Under the pieces are notes generated by a model, which worked only from the letters and a program-made list of their open reading frames with translations, made no database searches and had not been told where the DNA came from. Positions 9,094 through 19,151 of a stretch of DNA of 64,000 nt are shown piece by piece. The stretch is from NCBI GenBank assembly GCA_000146465.1, contig CP001950.1. The stretch is one strand, 5' to 3'. Within the stretch, counting starts at the first letter, position 1. Every line of letters starts with the position of its first letter. The position numbers and the translations under genes are program-made.

Positions 9094-10476
9094 TCAAACA
9101 TTTATCGTCTTCATCTCCTCTTTACAAGCAACCAGAAATGTCCCTTTCAATCCCAGCCCCCGCAGGACGTCATCCACATCCGTTGGTGGCTTTATGTCCA
9201 TGGGAAAAACTCCTCGCCAAATGCTAAACCGTCTGAGAATCCATTTGTCTTCGGAAATTAAGATAATTGGAACACCTGGCCTACCTAGATAGAGTCGCTC
9301 AACATCCTCCATAGAATCTGTACAAACTACAATTCCTTTTACGTAAGGAAACATTTTGTGAAATCCTAAGTCCTTCTTGGTTTCTTGATAATACGTCTCT
9401 GCCTTAATACAAATGTTCCTCATAAACTTGACAGTCTCAATAGGAAACATCCCAACAGCCGACTCTCCGCTCAGCATCACACAGTCGCATCCCTCCAGAA
9501 CTGCATTTCCAACATCAGAAATCTCCGCTCTGCTTGGTGTGTCCCGGGAAGTCATACTTTCCATCATCTGTGTTGCACAGATTGCAGGCTTCTTCCCTCT
9601 TTTGGTCTCCAAGAGTATCTTCTTCTGCGCACTAAATGTGTCTACCAGCCCAACCTCTGCCCCAAGATCCCCCCTTGCAATCATCACCCCGTCCGAGCAC
9701 AAGACTATTTCCTCCAGATTCTTCATTCCTAGGCACGACTCTATCTTCGAAACCACAGGAATCCTATTCCCCACAACCTTTCTTATCTCCTCAACATCCT
9801 TCTTGGAATTCACAAAAGACGCAAAAATCATGTCTATTCCATTCTCCAGACCAAAAACAATGTCACTCCTGTCTTCATCACTCAAAAACTTAATCCCTAC
9901 ATCTATGTTAGGAAAGTTCATGGACTTGTTGCTCCTGATTATCCCACTGCTCAGCACCTCGCATCCAAATCCATCTTCTTCTACATCGACTACTTTTAGA
10001 TCTATTCTTCCATCATCGACCGATATCCTATCCCCCATTCCCAAGGACCTAAAGTCAATCCAAGGTATCCATATGCTCTTTCCAGAGGAGACCGATGAAA
10101 ATCGGAGAATGTCTCCTCCATTAACCTCGATATTCTTATCTCCTGGTGTCCTAATCCTTATCTCAGGACCCCTTGTATCTAATGCTATTGAAACATACCT
10201 CCCCAAGCTACAGATGGCATCCTTTATGTTCCTAATAACCTCCAGATGCTCTTCTCTTGATCCATGGCTGAAGTTGAGTCTCGCAACAGACATACCCGCA
10301 TCAATCAGGTCTTTGATCTTCTCCTTTGAGGACGAAGAAGGCCCAATGGTACATACTATTTTTGTCAATGAAGCCTTCATAGATGAATGGGACAAATCCT
10401 TTCCAAATTTATCAATCTTGTTTTGAGATACATGATAGGTTCTTTGGAGATAGGGGCCGATCCAGAGTATGGACAT
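9094..10476 (-). CDS. Pyruvate kinase
   Basis: KIVCTIGP, RLNFSHG and MVARGDLG motifs; start placed at the second in-frame ATG (MSILW...) to avoid overlap with the divergent neighbour; the exact start is uncertain. Confidence 0.85.
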   Translation of the reverse strand: MSILWIGPYLQRTYHVSQNKIDKFGKDLSHSSMKASLTKIVCTIGPSSSSKEKIKDLIDAGMSVARLNFSHGSREEHLEVIRNIKDAICSLGRYVSIALDTRGPEIRIRTPGDKNIEVNGGDILRFSSVSSGKSIWIPWIDFRSLGMGDRISVDDGRIDLKVVDVEEDGFGCEVLSSGIIRSNKSMNFPNIDVGIKFLSDEDRSDIVFGLENGIDMIFASFVNSKKDVEEIRKVVGNRIPVVSKIESCLGMKNLEEIVLCSDGVMIARGDLGAEVGLVDTFSAQKKILLETKRGKKPAICATQMMESMTSRDTPSRAEISDVGNAVLEGCDCVMLSGESAVGMFPIETVKFMRNICIKAETYYQETKKDLGFHKMFPYVKGIVVCTDSMEDVERLYLGRPGVPIILISEDKWILRRFSIWRGVFPMDIKPPTDVDDVLRGLGLKGTFLVACKEEMKTINV

Positions 10477-10502
10477 AATCCAATGCTTCTCCCTTTGAAG
10501 GA

Positions 10503-10973
10503 ATGAAGACTGTTGCTGTTGTAATGAAATCTTTGGATGAGGAAATCCCATTGTCTAAGAACTCTGTTGGGGATGGATTCCTAGGATCAGCAAAGCATGT
10601 TGTAATGATATTTATAGAGAAGAACAAGATGTTTCTCTTCAATGATCCTCACTTGATGCTTGAGTCGGAAAAGACCCTGAGGATGGAACAGAAGCTCCAT
10701 AGAAAGGCTGTTGTTGAACATCTGGAAAAGGCTGCTCAGGCTGTGAAGAAGTTAAACTTCAAGGCCGAAGTATCGAAGTTGGTGATTAATGGAGATGAGA
10801 AATACAAAATAGAAAAATGCCTGGCATGTCTGGAGGTCCAAGCAGTGATGTTCATCGGTAGACATAAGAAAAAAAGGTTTTATGAATGCTTTGTCCAATC
10901 GTTGGAGGACTATGTGTTTGAGGCTATGAAGATTCCTATTATCAAGATACCAGCTTCTAAGCATCGGTCTTGA
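10503..10973 (+). CDS. Hypothetical small basic protein (156 aa)
   Basis: ATG with CCC context; divergent orientation to pyruvate kinase; no confident domain. Confidence 0.35.
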   Translation: MKTVAVVMKSLDEEIPLSKNSVGDGFLGSAKHVVMIFIEKNKMFLFNDPHLMLESEKTLRMEQKLHRKAVVEHLEKAAQAVKKLNFKAEVSKLVINGDEKYKIEKCLACLEVQAVMFIGRHKKKRFYECFVQSLEDYVFEAMKIPIIKIPASKHRS

Positions 10974-11006
10974 AGCATTTGAACCATAGATTTACTTAAA
11001 AATAAA

Positions 11007-11675
11007 TTACAACCTAATAGATCCAAGGATTCTTTTGCACATCAATGCTGTGATGAGTTTACACCCACAAATGCATCCAACTGCGATTTCATTCCGTACT
11101 AGACATATCTCTGAGATCACAATTGAGTTGGATGCTATGCATAGGAACTCTATTACAAGAAGATATTCTTCCCATTGGTACTTCCACATTATCATGATGA
11201 ATATAAATAGATAGTAGAAGCTTGAAAGAAGGAGTGAACTGGATAACTTTAGAAATCGAACATGCCTATGGAACACAGTGAATGCCAGCACCAGAAGGAG
11301 AACAGTTTCCACAAGACTCTCTAGGGCATCTCTGCAGATGGTGGCTATGGTTGCAATCAAATTCACTTTCCCGGAACTCTCTCCAAAGAAGAGAATCCTA
11401 AGGGCCCCATGGTGGTGAAGTATAGGTCCTGTAAGCACCTTGGCGATTAGCATAAACAAGGCGCTTCTGGTGAGATCCTTTTTGTTATTGAAGAGATAGT
11501 GTCTGAAGATCCTCCTCTTCAGCAAGAGAAGATCTACAAGCTTCATCAAACTATTCAGCTCAAAGTATCTGTCCATCTTCTTGGAACATAGTTGGCACCT
11601 CGAGATCTGCTTGGCAGAGGAGTTCTTGAGAAACAGATGCTTTGCTCTATTTCCACATTCTATGCATACATACAT
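11007..11675 (-). CDS. ARV1: Arv1 (sterol/lipid homeostasis, Arv1 homology domain)
   Basis: N-terminus CIECG...CQLCSKKMDRYFELNSLMKLVDLLLLKRRIFRHYLFN closely parallels the Arv1 zinc-ribbon plus DLLLLKP..YRHL.FN motif; C-terminal TM helices. Confidence 0.7.
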   Translation of the reverse strand: MYVCIECGNRAKHLFLKNSSAKQISRCQLCSKKMDRYFELNSLMKLVDLLLLKRRIFRHYLFNNKKDLTRSALFMLIAKVLTGPILHHHGALRILFFGESSGKVNLIATIATICRDALESLVETVLLLVLAFTVFHRHVRFLKLSSSLLLSSFYYLFIFIMIMWKYQWEEYLLVIEFLCIASNSIVISEICLVRNEIAVGCICGCKLITALMCKRILGSIRL

Positions 11676-11698
11676 TAGAGATTCCTTAGGGCTCTAGA

Positions 11699-12778
11699 AT
11701 GTTTTCAGGACAAGATGAAGTTTTATGGATCCCAAGACCCCTAGGAATGGCTGTTGCATATATATTCGACGAGGAGGTTGGAATGTTCCATTACGGGCCT
11801 AGGCATCCCATGAAGCCGTTTAGAATGGTGGTTACACACTCTCTAGTGAAGTCGTTTGGCCTTGACAAAAAGATGACGATAGTCAAACCGGCACTCTTTC
11901 CTCTGACATATCACCCAAAGGAGTATCTTGAGAATCTCGGGAAGAATGAAACACCGGACTGCCCAAACTTCATTGGCCTTTCTAGATTCTGCGAGCTGTA
12001 TGGAAGTGCCTCTATAAACTCGGCAATGATCCTCTCTGAAGGAAGATATGACACAGTTATTAATTGGAGCGGAGGTCTCCATCATGCACATAAAGCGGTT
12101 CCCAGCGGATTCTGCCATGTAAATGATATTGTGATGGCGATTCTGGAGCTTCTCAAGACATATCAGAGAGTTATGTATATAGATATAGATGTTCACCATG
12201 GAGATGGAGTGGAGGAAGCCTTTTTGGAATGTGATCGAGTGCTGACACTTTCCTTCCACAAGTACGGAGACGGCTTCTTTCCCGAGACAGGAACTCTGGT
12301 CACAACAGGACACAGGGCTGTGAATGTTCCTCTCCTATCAGGAATTGATGATGCAAGTTACAGATACATTTTCGAGCCTATTGTGGAGTCTTGTGTTAAG
12401 AAGTTCTCTCCAGATGCAATTGTCCTGCAGTGCGGAGCAGACTCCTTGGGTGAGGACAGGCTAGGATGTTTTAATCTCTCTATAGAGGGCCATGCATCTT
12501 GTGTCCGGTTTGTGAGTTCTCTCGGAATTCCTCTGCTCTGTCTAGGAGGTGGAGGATACACCCTGACGAATGTTGCCCGATGTTGGGCATATGAGACAGC
12601 TGTTTTGTGTGGAGAGGATCCGATTACGGATATTCCTGCAGACAATCCCTTCTACACGTATTTCAGTCCGTCGTATGTGGTTAATCCTGTGTTCAAAAGG
12701 AAGTATGTCAATAGAAACGATAGGGAGTACTTGGACATGGTTATGAGTTTCATTCTTGACAAAGTAGACAAGTTTTAA
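11699..12778 (+). CDS. Class I histone deacetylase (Rpd3/Hos2 type)
   Basis: GGLHHAHK, DIDVHHGDGVEEAF and FHKYGD catalytic motifs. Confidence 0.9.
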   Translation: MFSGQDEVLWIPRPLGMAVAYIFDEEVGMFHYGPRHPMKPFRMVVTHSLVKSFGLDKKMTIVKPALFPLTYHPKEYLENLGKNETPDCPNFIGLSRFCELYGSASINSAMILSEGRYDTVINWSGGLHHAHKAVPSGFCHVNDIVMAILELLKTYQRVMYIDIDVHHGDGVEEAFLECDRVLTLSFHKYGDGFFPETGTLVTTGHRAVNVPLLSGIDDASYRYIFEPIVESCVKKFSPDAIVLQCGADSLGEDRLGCFNLSIEGHASCVRFVSSLGIPLLCLGGGGYTLTNVARCWAYETAVLCGEDPITDIPADNPFYTYFSPSYVVNPVFKRKYVNRNDREYLDMVMSFILDKVDKF

Positions 12779-12834
12779 GAGGTCCTTGAAATTATAGAAC
12801 AAGCGATTTTGGAGAATAAATTTTTTGCCCATTC

Positions 12835-13725
12835 ATGCCAGTAGAGAAGCTTGAGAAGATCAAGTCGCAGGTTGAGTTTTACTTTAGTGATGCAAACTTC
12901 CGGGTAGACAAGTTCCTCCGGGAGCAATCCCTGGTAAACGACGGCTATATTCCGATCAAAACGATTGTCTCGTTCAACAAGCTTCGGAATCTTGAAGCAA
13001 CGGTTGAAGATGTTAAGAAGGCCCTTGAAGACAGCAAAGTGGTTGAGCTCAAGGACGATATGATAAAGAAGGTTGAGACGGAGGAGTATCTCTCGTATGT
13101 TATGGAGAAGGACATAAACAAGAGGGTAGTGTACATCGATGGGTTTGAGAAGGATGCAACTCTTGAGGACATCAAAGAAATATTATCGCCACATATTATT
13201 CCGGTTCTTATTAGGATGAGGAGAGACAAGGGGAAGAACTTCAGCGGAAGCGTGTTTGCAGAGCTGAAATCTGAGGAAGAGGCCCAAAAGGCCTTGGAGG
13301 AGAAGATTCCAGTTAAGAAGCAAGCGGAGGACGAAGAGAGGTCCAAGAAGCAGAAAAGCGAGGAGAAATATCTTTTAATTATGGCAAAGGACGAATATCT
13401 CAAGGAGAAGGAGAAGATATCTGGAGAGAAGAAGGAGATAGAAGCAAGAAAAGCCCTTGAAAAGGAGTTTGTACCCAAGCTATTTAAATACGAGTGTAGC
13501 GAGGATCTTGACATTAAGACTGTGAAAAGTCTAGTCAAGAACACCGCTTTTGTGGATACAAAGCAGAAGGTGATAAGGATGAAGCATGCAGAGGATTTCA
13601 AGGAAAAGAAGTTTGAGGAGGAAGGAAAAAGCCTGACCCTCGTCAAGATGGAAGAAGATGAAGCCCTTGAGTACTGTAAGAGCATCAAGATTGCACCCAA
13701 GGGATCGAAACCCGGAAAGAAATAA
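12835..13725 (+). CDS. La protein (La motif + RRM)
   Basis: N-terminus KIKSQVEFYFSDANFRVDKFL is the La-motif signature; K/E-rich tail. Confidence 0.8.
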   Translation: MPVEKLEKIKSQVEFYFSDANFRVDKFLREQSLVNDGYIPIKTIVSFNKLRNLEATVEDVKKALEDSKVVELKDDMIKKVETEEYLSYVMEKDINKRVVYIDGFEKDATLEDIKEILSPHIIPVLIRMRRDKGKNFSGSVFAELKSEEEAQKALEEKIPVKKQAEDEERSKKQKSEEKYLLIMAKDEYLKEKEKISGEKKEIEARKALEKEFVPKLFKYECSEDLDIKTVKSLVKNTAFVDTKQKVIRMKHAEDFKEKKFEEEGKSLTLVKMEEDEALEYCKSIKIAPKGSKPGKK

Positions 13726-13774
13726 AGGATTTATTTACATCCGGCTTTTATTGATAATTGTTTAATTGGAACCC

Positions 13775-14227
13775 ATGACGAAGTACAATGTTACATTGAG
13801 AGTCTATCCCCTTGGGGACGAAACACTCAAGAGGTTTGTTGCCTCAGCGTTGAAACGGGAGGAGGTCCATATCTGGCACACATCCATCGAGGTTTATGGA
13901 ATAGAATACTTCTTCCAGAATGGAATAGTGAAGGCGGTTCCGGGATCTACTTCCCATGGAACTCCTTTGAAGACCCATGATCTAGGAACCACAGAGATTC
14001 CAGAGATTGTGTTTGAAGACTTTCTTCTTTCTATAACAGAGGATTTTGCTCCTCACAAATATCATCTACTTAGAAACAACTGCAACAACTTCACAAATAT
14101 AGTGGCTTTGTATCTGGTTGAGAAAAGCATCCCGGAATATATTCTTGAGCTCCAAAATACTGCATTGGAGTCTGAGGCTGTGTCGTCCCTGGTTGATATG
14201 TTTTTTGGATCTCCCGGGAAGATATAA
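13775..14227 (+). CDS. PPPDE/DeSI-type putative deSUMOylating isopeptidase (DUF862)
   Basis: HTSIEVYGIEYFF...Y.LLRNNCNNFTN matches PPPDE His/Cys dyad spacing; ATG with CCC context at 13775. Confidence 0.7.
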   Translation: MTKYNVTLRVYPLGDETLKRFVASALKREEVHIWHTSIEVYGIEYFFQNGIVKAVPGSTSHGTPLKTHDLGTTEIPEIVFEDFLLSITEDFAPHKYHLLRNNCNNFTNIVALYLVEKSIPEYILELQNTALESEAVSSLVDMFFGSPGKI

Positions 14228-14229
14228 GG

Positions 14230-15363
14230 CTAGATCTCTCCTTCCTCCTTCTCCTCCCAAACCACTTCGAAGTACTTATCCACTGCTCTTTTGTCTATTT
14301 GGCTGATCTCCTCTGTCCTTTCCTTCTCGTATCTTTTCAACTTGTTTTCCAGATCGTTGACAAACTCAAAGTATACCTCCTTGGGACTCTCCATACTCCC
14401 CAGAAGATTCCAGAACGGCTCTGAGTTCTTGAATAAATAAAATGCATCCTTGAACTTCATCTTGTAGTAGATCAGCCCTCTACTATACAGACTGTTCAGA
14501 ACTTGCCTAAACTCCTCTCTGTAATGGGGGATTTTCTCGGCCATTGATGTTTTTTTCTTCTCGATATCCAACAGAAACTCTCTTTCAAGTCTACGGAAGT
14601 ACCGAATAAACGAAAATAGAACCACCTTTCTATCAAATCCCTCCATTTCCTTCATCTTAAGGACGTCGCTTGCCGAGCTGTTCAGATCAATTCCACAGGC
14701 TCGGAATATCTCTTCCAACTTCCCTGCTGTCGTACCCCCCATATGCTTCTCAATATACACCTCATAGCATCCAAACTTGTCCTTGATCCTGGAATAGTAT
14801 GGATGTCTCGAAAATACACTGTTGAAACCAAAGAAATCAGACACTCCGACGTCGACCTTGCAAACCTCGTCTACATAATATTTCTGCCTTTGGACTTCCT
14901 CCTCCCTGTTATTTTCCTCCTTATCTTCAAAGTATTTCCTCACCAGGGACTCTCGAACGTCCATTCTTATCGCCCGGAATATAGGCTCTGTAGACAGCTT
15001 ATAAAATACATCTTTCATGTTTTCTACCTTGTACTGCTCCATTAGCCTGTACAGTAGATACTTAGATGTTTCGTGGTCTGTTATCCTCATGTTCATCCCT
15101 ATTCCTTTTATCAGCGTCTTTCCTTTTCTCTTTTCTCCAGGCCTCTCCCATCTGCTTTCCTTCGTGATAGTGTTATGATAAAAGACTTTTCCTTGCCTGC
15201 TTCTACACTCAATCCATGGATCCACGTCGAAGTCTTCGTCCGAATCTTTAAGTACATCGGGTTTGCGAAAACTGCTTTTCCCCGTCTTCTTGTTGTAGTA
15301 GTATGTCTTGCCGTCGGGCGCAACTAGTACTTCATAGTCCACTTTTGCATCTTTGGCCTCCAT
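14230..15363 (-). CDS. PRP40: Pre-mRNA processing factor Prp40-like (2 WW domains + FF domains)
   Basis: Two WW motifs (W..APDGKTYYYN..T..S.F.KP and W.E..S..GKVFYHN.IT.ES.WERP) followed by FF-like repeats; start taken at MEAKD ATG. Confidence 0.65.
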   Translation of the reverse strand: MEAKDAKVDYEVLVAPDGKTYYYNKKTGKSSFRKPDVLKDSDEDFDVDPWIECRSRQGKVFYHNTITKESRWERPGEKRKGKTLIKGIGMNMRITDHETSKYLLYRLMEQYKVENMKDVFYKLSTEPIFRAIRMDVRESLVRKYFEDKEENNREEEVQRQKYYVDEVCKVDVGVSDFFGFNSVFSRHPYYSRIKDKFGCYEVYIEKHMGGTTAGKLEEIFRACGIDLNSSASDVLKMKEMEGFDRKVVLFSFIRYFRRLEREFLLDIEKKKTSMAEKIPHYREEFRQVLNSLYSRGLIYYKMKFKDAFYLFKNSEPFWNLLGSMESPKEVYFEFVNDLENKLKRYEKERTEEISQIDKRAVDKYFEVVWEEKEEGEI

Positions 15364-15436
15364 TTCAGTTAGGGTTCTCTTAAGAAGAAAGCATATTTTG
15401 TTTATACACAGGCATTCTCTCTTCATTAAGAATACA

Positions 15437-16063
15437 TTATTTATTACTGTTCCTATTCTTCGATCTCGCATTCAGCTCATTGCAATTATAGCAATAGAAC
15501 TCGTTGAGATCGTATTCGCTCGGATGAACCAAGCCGTTGTGATGATTGCATCTCTTACAAATCAACGCATACATAGTACTTGGATCGTCCCCCAGTACAA
15601 TGTCCGTGACACTGTCCATCATCCCCCTTCTTCTTTGCTTAATGCTTCCAAAGTAATGCCTTCTCATCGACTCGCTCTCGTACTTGTCAATAACTTTCTT
15701 TGTCGCTTCAAAGGACTCCTCTTTTTTCAAAAGGGCAATTTGCTCCTTCTGTATCTCTTTTAGAGCTTCAACACTAGACTCCAGTCTTTGGATTCGGATC
15801 TCATACAAATAGATCAAAACACACCTCACTATATAGCATCCAAGTGCACTTCCCACTCCAAACAGCACCATGTTCTGATCATCGGCATACGAGTAAGCCA
15901 TAGAAAGAACAATGACCACACATGACGCCAGAAACATCTTTATTCTAAGACTGTTCAGAGCCCCAGAAAGGTCCTTGGCTGCTTTCTCTTTCTTGCTTAT
16001 CTGCTCTTCAAGCCTTACCAAGCTTTCTCGCAGCGGAACGTTTCTTGAGAGCACATTCCCCAT
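15437..16063 (-). CDS. LNP1: Lunapark (Lnp1) ER three-way-junction protein
   Basis: N-terminal TM hairpin, coiled coil, and C-terminal ALICKRCNHHNGLV...YCYNC zinc finger typical of Lunapark. Confidence 0.7.
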   Translation of the reverse strand: MGNVLSRNVPLRESLVRLEEQISKKEKAAKDLSGALNSLRIKMFLASCVVIVLSMAYSYADDQNMVLFGVGSALGCYIVRCVLIYLYEIRIQRLESSVEALKEIQKEQIALLKKEESFEATKKVIDKYESESMRRHYFGSIKQRRRGMMDSVTDIVLGDDPSTMYALICKRCNHHNGLVHPSEYDLNEFYCYNCNELNARSKNRNSNK

Positions 16064-16107
16064 TCAGAGGGGTATCCCGCGAGACTTTGAGTCTAACAAA
16101 CTAAATT

Positions 16108-16863
16108 TTAATATTCCTCAACAACATCAAACACTTCCTCCTTCTTGATTTGGACCGAGTCCAAGGGATAAACCAATGTGTCTGTGTTTTCACACACTCC
16201 AACCCTCTTGTAGTTCCGAAGAAACTCGACTCCAGAGTAGTCGATCACACACACATCGATGTTGGATCCAGAGTACAGATCGTTGAGGATCCCAGCCTGA
16301 ACAGCATCACATGCGAGCTCAATGGCCTCATTCTTATCCATGGCCCTGTACTTGCTTTCGAGAACCCCAATGGCTGCAAGAGACCCAGATCCTAGAGATG
16401 TGAATAATGTAGAGTTTGACGATCCATGGGGATGAATATCCAAAAGATGGCATCCCTCAGAGTCTATCCCTCCAACAATTAGAGCTGCTCCTATTTGCCC
16501 TCCGTATTTATGCAGGTGGTTCACACACACCTTTCGGAAATGAGATACAAGAGGTGCTCGGAAATACTTTCTTTCAAAGAGTCGGAGCTCCCGTGATGCC
16601 ATTCTCGCCACCCTTTCTGCATCTGCTGCAGTCCCTGCTCCACAGCACATAATCTTGTCTGAAATCCTGTGAATCTTTTCACAGTTCTTATCCGAGACCA
16701 CAGGCCCCTGTGTAGATCGTGTGTCTGCTGCAAGTATGACTCCCGTCTTGTACTTCATCCCTACAATTGTTGTTCCTGTTTTTGTTATCATCCGGGGTTG
16801 CCTATACTCAATATTAATCAGGCCTTTGCATCTTCCACTAGCAAATAACAAAGAGGTGCACAA
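16108..16863 (-). CDS. 20S proteasome beta subunit (beta2/Pup1-like, catalytic Thr)
   Basis: TGTTIVGMKY...GVILAADTR after a short propeptide; Ntn-hydrolase pattern. Confidence 0.8.
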   Translation of the reverse strand: MCTSLLFASGRCKGLINIEYRQPRMITKTGTTIVGMKYKTGVILAADTRSTQGPVVSDKNCEKIHRISDKIMCCGAGTAADAERVARMASRELRLFERKYFRAPLVSHFRKVCVNHLHKYGGQIGAALIVGGIDSEGCHLLDIHPHGSSNSTLFTSLGSGSLAAIGVLESKYRAMDKNEAIELACDAVQAGILNDLYSGSNIDVCVIDYSGVEFLRNYKRVGVCENTDTLVYPLDSVQIKKEEVFDVVEEY

Positions 16864-16891
16864 ATATTAAAATCGATTTTCATCCCTGCTT

Positions 16892-17695
16892 ATGGTTTTC
16901 AAGGAGATTACCATATCGCTTGCATATGTGGCCCAGATAACCATTCTTCTTTCTCTGGACGTCTTATTTCTTCTCTTTACGGTCCAAAGATCCCTCTACT
17001 TCTTTGGGAAGGGAATGAAAAGAAAGCCTGACGCCATACGAGTCCGATTGATTCCTAAGAGCCAGAGCGATCTTTATCTTATAGACGGAATTTCTGGAAT
17101 CGATCTCATCTATCTTCCTGGAAACTTTGTAGCTGTGGAGGAGCATATAGAGTTCTGCAAATATCTATCCAAGATCTTCGAGTGCAATGTGATTTCCATG
17201 GTGTATAGAGGAGTGGCAGGGAACGGATATTCTCCATCTGAGAAGGGCATAGTGGAAGATCTATCTCCAGCCTCTAGATGGCTTTCAAGAAGGAGTACTC
17301 GGAAAGTTATCCTGGGGTTTTCTATAGGATCAGCCGTAGGAATCCGTTTGGCAGAAAAATGTCGTGTTGATGCTCTAGTTCTTATAAACCCGTTTATATC
17401 ACTAAGGGAGGTGGTTGGGAATGTCTCCTTTGGTAGGATTCTGAAGCACCTCGTGATTGATGAGTGGAACAACCTAAACCGAATGAAGAACATCAATGTG
17501 CCTGTCTATTTTGTTGTTTCCTCCAATGACGAAATAGTTTCTCCATCCCATACGGACGAGCTTATCAAAAGAACAAAGCATCCAAAGAAGATTGTGATTC
17601 GCAATGCCGATCACAACGAGCCCATGCGGAATTTCACAACACATTTATGCTCTCTAATGGATGAGGTACTAAGAAAAACACCATCGGGTGGATGA
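16892..17695 (+). CDS. Alpha/beta-hydrolase (Bem46/ABHD-like) with N-terminal TM anchor
   Basis: GFSIG (GxSxG nucleophile elbow), downstream Asp/His candidates; N-terminal hydrophobic segment. Confidence 0.55.
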   Translation: MVFKEITISLAYVAQITILLSLDVLFLLFTVQRSLYFFGKGMKRKPDAIRVRLIPKSQSDLYLIDGISGIDLIYLPGNFVAVEEHIEFCKYLSKIFECNVISMVYRGVAGNGYSPSEKGIVEDLSPASRWLSRRSTRKVILGFSIGSAVGIRLAEKCRVDALVLINPFISLREVVGNVSFGRILKHLVIDEWNNLNRMKNINVPVYFVVSSNDEIVSPSHTDELIKRTKHPKKIVIRNADHNEPMRNFTTHLCSLMDEVLRKTPSGG

Positions 17696-17723
17696 GGAAT
17701 ATGGATTTTATTACCTGCTTGCT

Positions 17724-18679
17724 TTAATGGGGATGAGAACAATGAATTACAGCAGCACTGGTTAGATAACCTGCCAGAAGGGTCAGTATCCCATGGATCC
17801 TGTTTACCTTTGGATGGTTGAACATCGGTGGAATCATTTCAATAGACACCATGAACATTATGCTTCCCAGAGCAAGTCCTTTGAAGATACCTCTGATAGT
17901 CTGGTTGAAGAACCCAGGAGCAGAGCCTATCATGATCCCGATGGGTGTGAGGGACGAGTAGAACACAGCGAGAATCAAGCCGCTTGAAAAGTTAAATCCT
18001 GAAGTGAACAAGGGAACTCCAAGGGCAAAGGACTCAAGGATTTTGTGTAGAATGAGCCCCATCTCCATCGAGCCTATCTTGTCAATAGAGTTGAATGCCA
18101 GTCCCTCGAAGAACGAATGGATGGAAATTCCTAGTATGTATATAAATACTTGTGTCTTCGAAGATGTATTCTTTATAGCTTCACTAGGATCGCAACATCC
18201 TAGTCTCTCCCCCTCTTTTTTGGAGTCATGGGCACTCGAGGCTTTTGCAGAAATTTGAGGAGACTTGATGTTTTTTTTCGCATCTACTACGTGATGGATA
18301 TCTTTTCCATGGCACCCGCCCCCATGGGCATGTTCCTTCTTTTCATTTTCCTCACAGTGCTTGTGTTTTAAAACAATAGAGTCAATGGCCAAAAGAAAGA
18401 TAAAGGAAAGGCCGGCAGTGAAGAATCCAAGAATGGGAGACTCATGGGAATGGTGGCCATGGTTGTGGTCATGTTCTTTGCCTCCATGGCAGTCGGAGAC
18501 CATGTGTGGACTCAGCTCCAGAAGCTGAACACCAAGAAGAAATCCTGCTGTTAGAAGAGTCAGAAAAGGGAATATCCTCTTGACTACTTTTAGAGAAGTA
18601 ATGACTTTTGGACTCAAGCAAATAATTAGTGACGACGAGAACACCATTGCTGCAAACAACACTACTTGTGAATTCATTT
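17724..18679 (-). CDS. ZIP family zinc transporter
   Basis: HSFFEGLAFN and HKILESFALG signature helices; His-rich loop (HDHNHGHHSHE); start at the ATG with CCC context (MNSQVV). Confidence 0.8.
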
Positions 18680-18727
18680 TTGAAGGGTGGTAAAATGTTT
18701 GATATTGAATATAGCCTAAAACATAAT

Positions 18728-19108
18728 TCAGCTGCATGTCTTTGCTATCTCCTTTCCTATGGAGTTCTTATCTCTTATTCCCAACTTCACTATCCTCTTC
18801 AGATTCTCAGAAATGCCATTGTTTCCACATAGAACTGCATCTGCTATATATTCATACACATCCCTCCGGGAAATTCCTAGTCCCTCAATATACCCAAGGA
18901 ACATGGAAACCACATCTCTACTATCTCCAAGAAGATCGATAGATAAGCAATATCCCTTGTCCTTCATCTTGAAGTGTCTTTCTCTCATCTTGGCCTTCTT
19001 GATGTCTTTTCTATGCTTTACATATTCTCTCTCGATTAGAGCCCTCTCCTCTCTATCAAAAGGCAGCATCTGGGTAGGAGGGCTTTGGAGCCAGATGATG
19101 CTTGCCAT
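18728..19108 (-). CDS. Hypothetical small protein (start uncertain)
   Basis: ORF divergent to the XRN gene; no recognised domain; several candidate ATGs. Confidence 0.3.
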   Translation of the reverse strand: MASIIWLQSPPTQMLPFDREERALIEREYVKHRKDIKKAKMRERHFKMKDKGYCLSIDLLGDSRDVVSMFLGYIEGLGISRRDVYEYIADAVLCGNNGISENLKRIVKLGIRDKNSIGKEIAKTCS

Positions 19109-19151
19109 TTCCTGCAGATGGATATAAAAATAAAAAAATGATAGAGTTTCC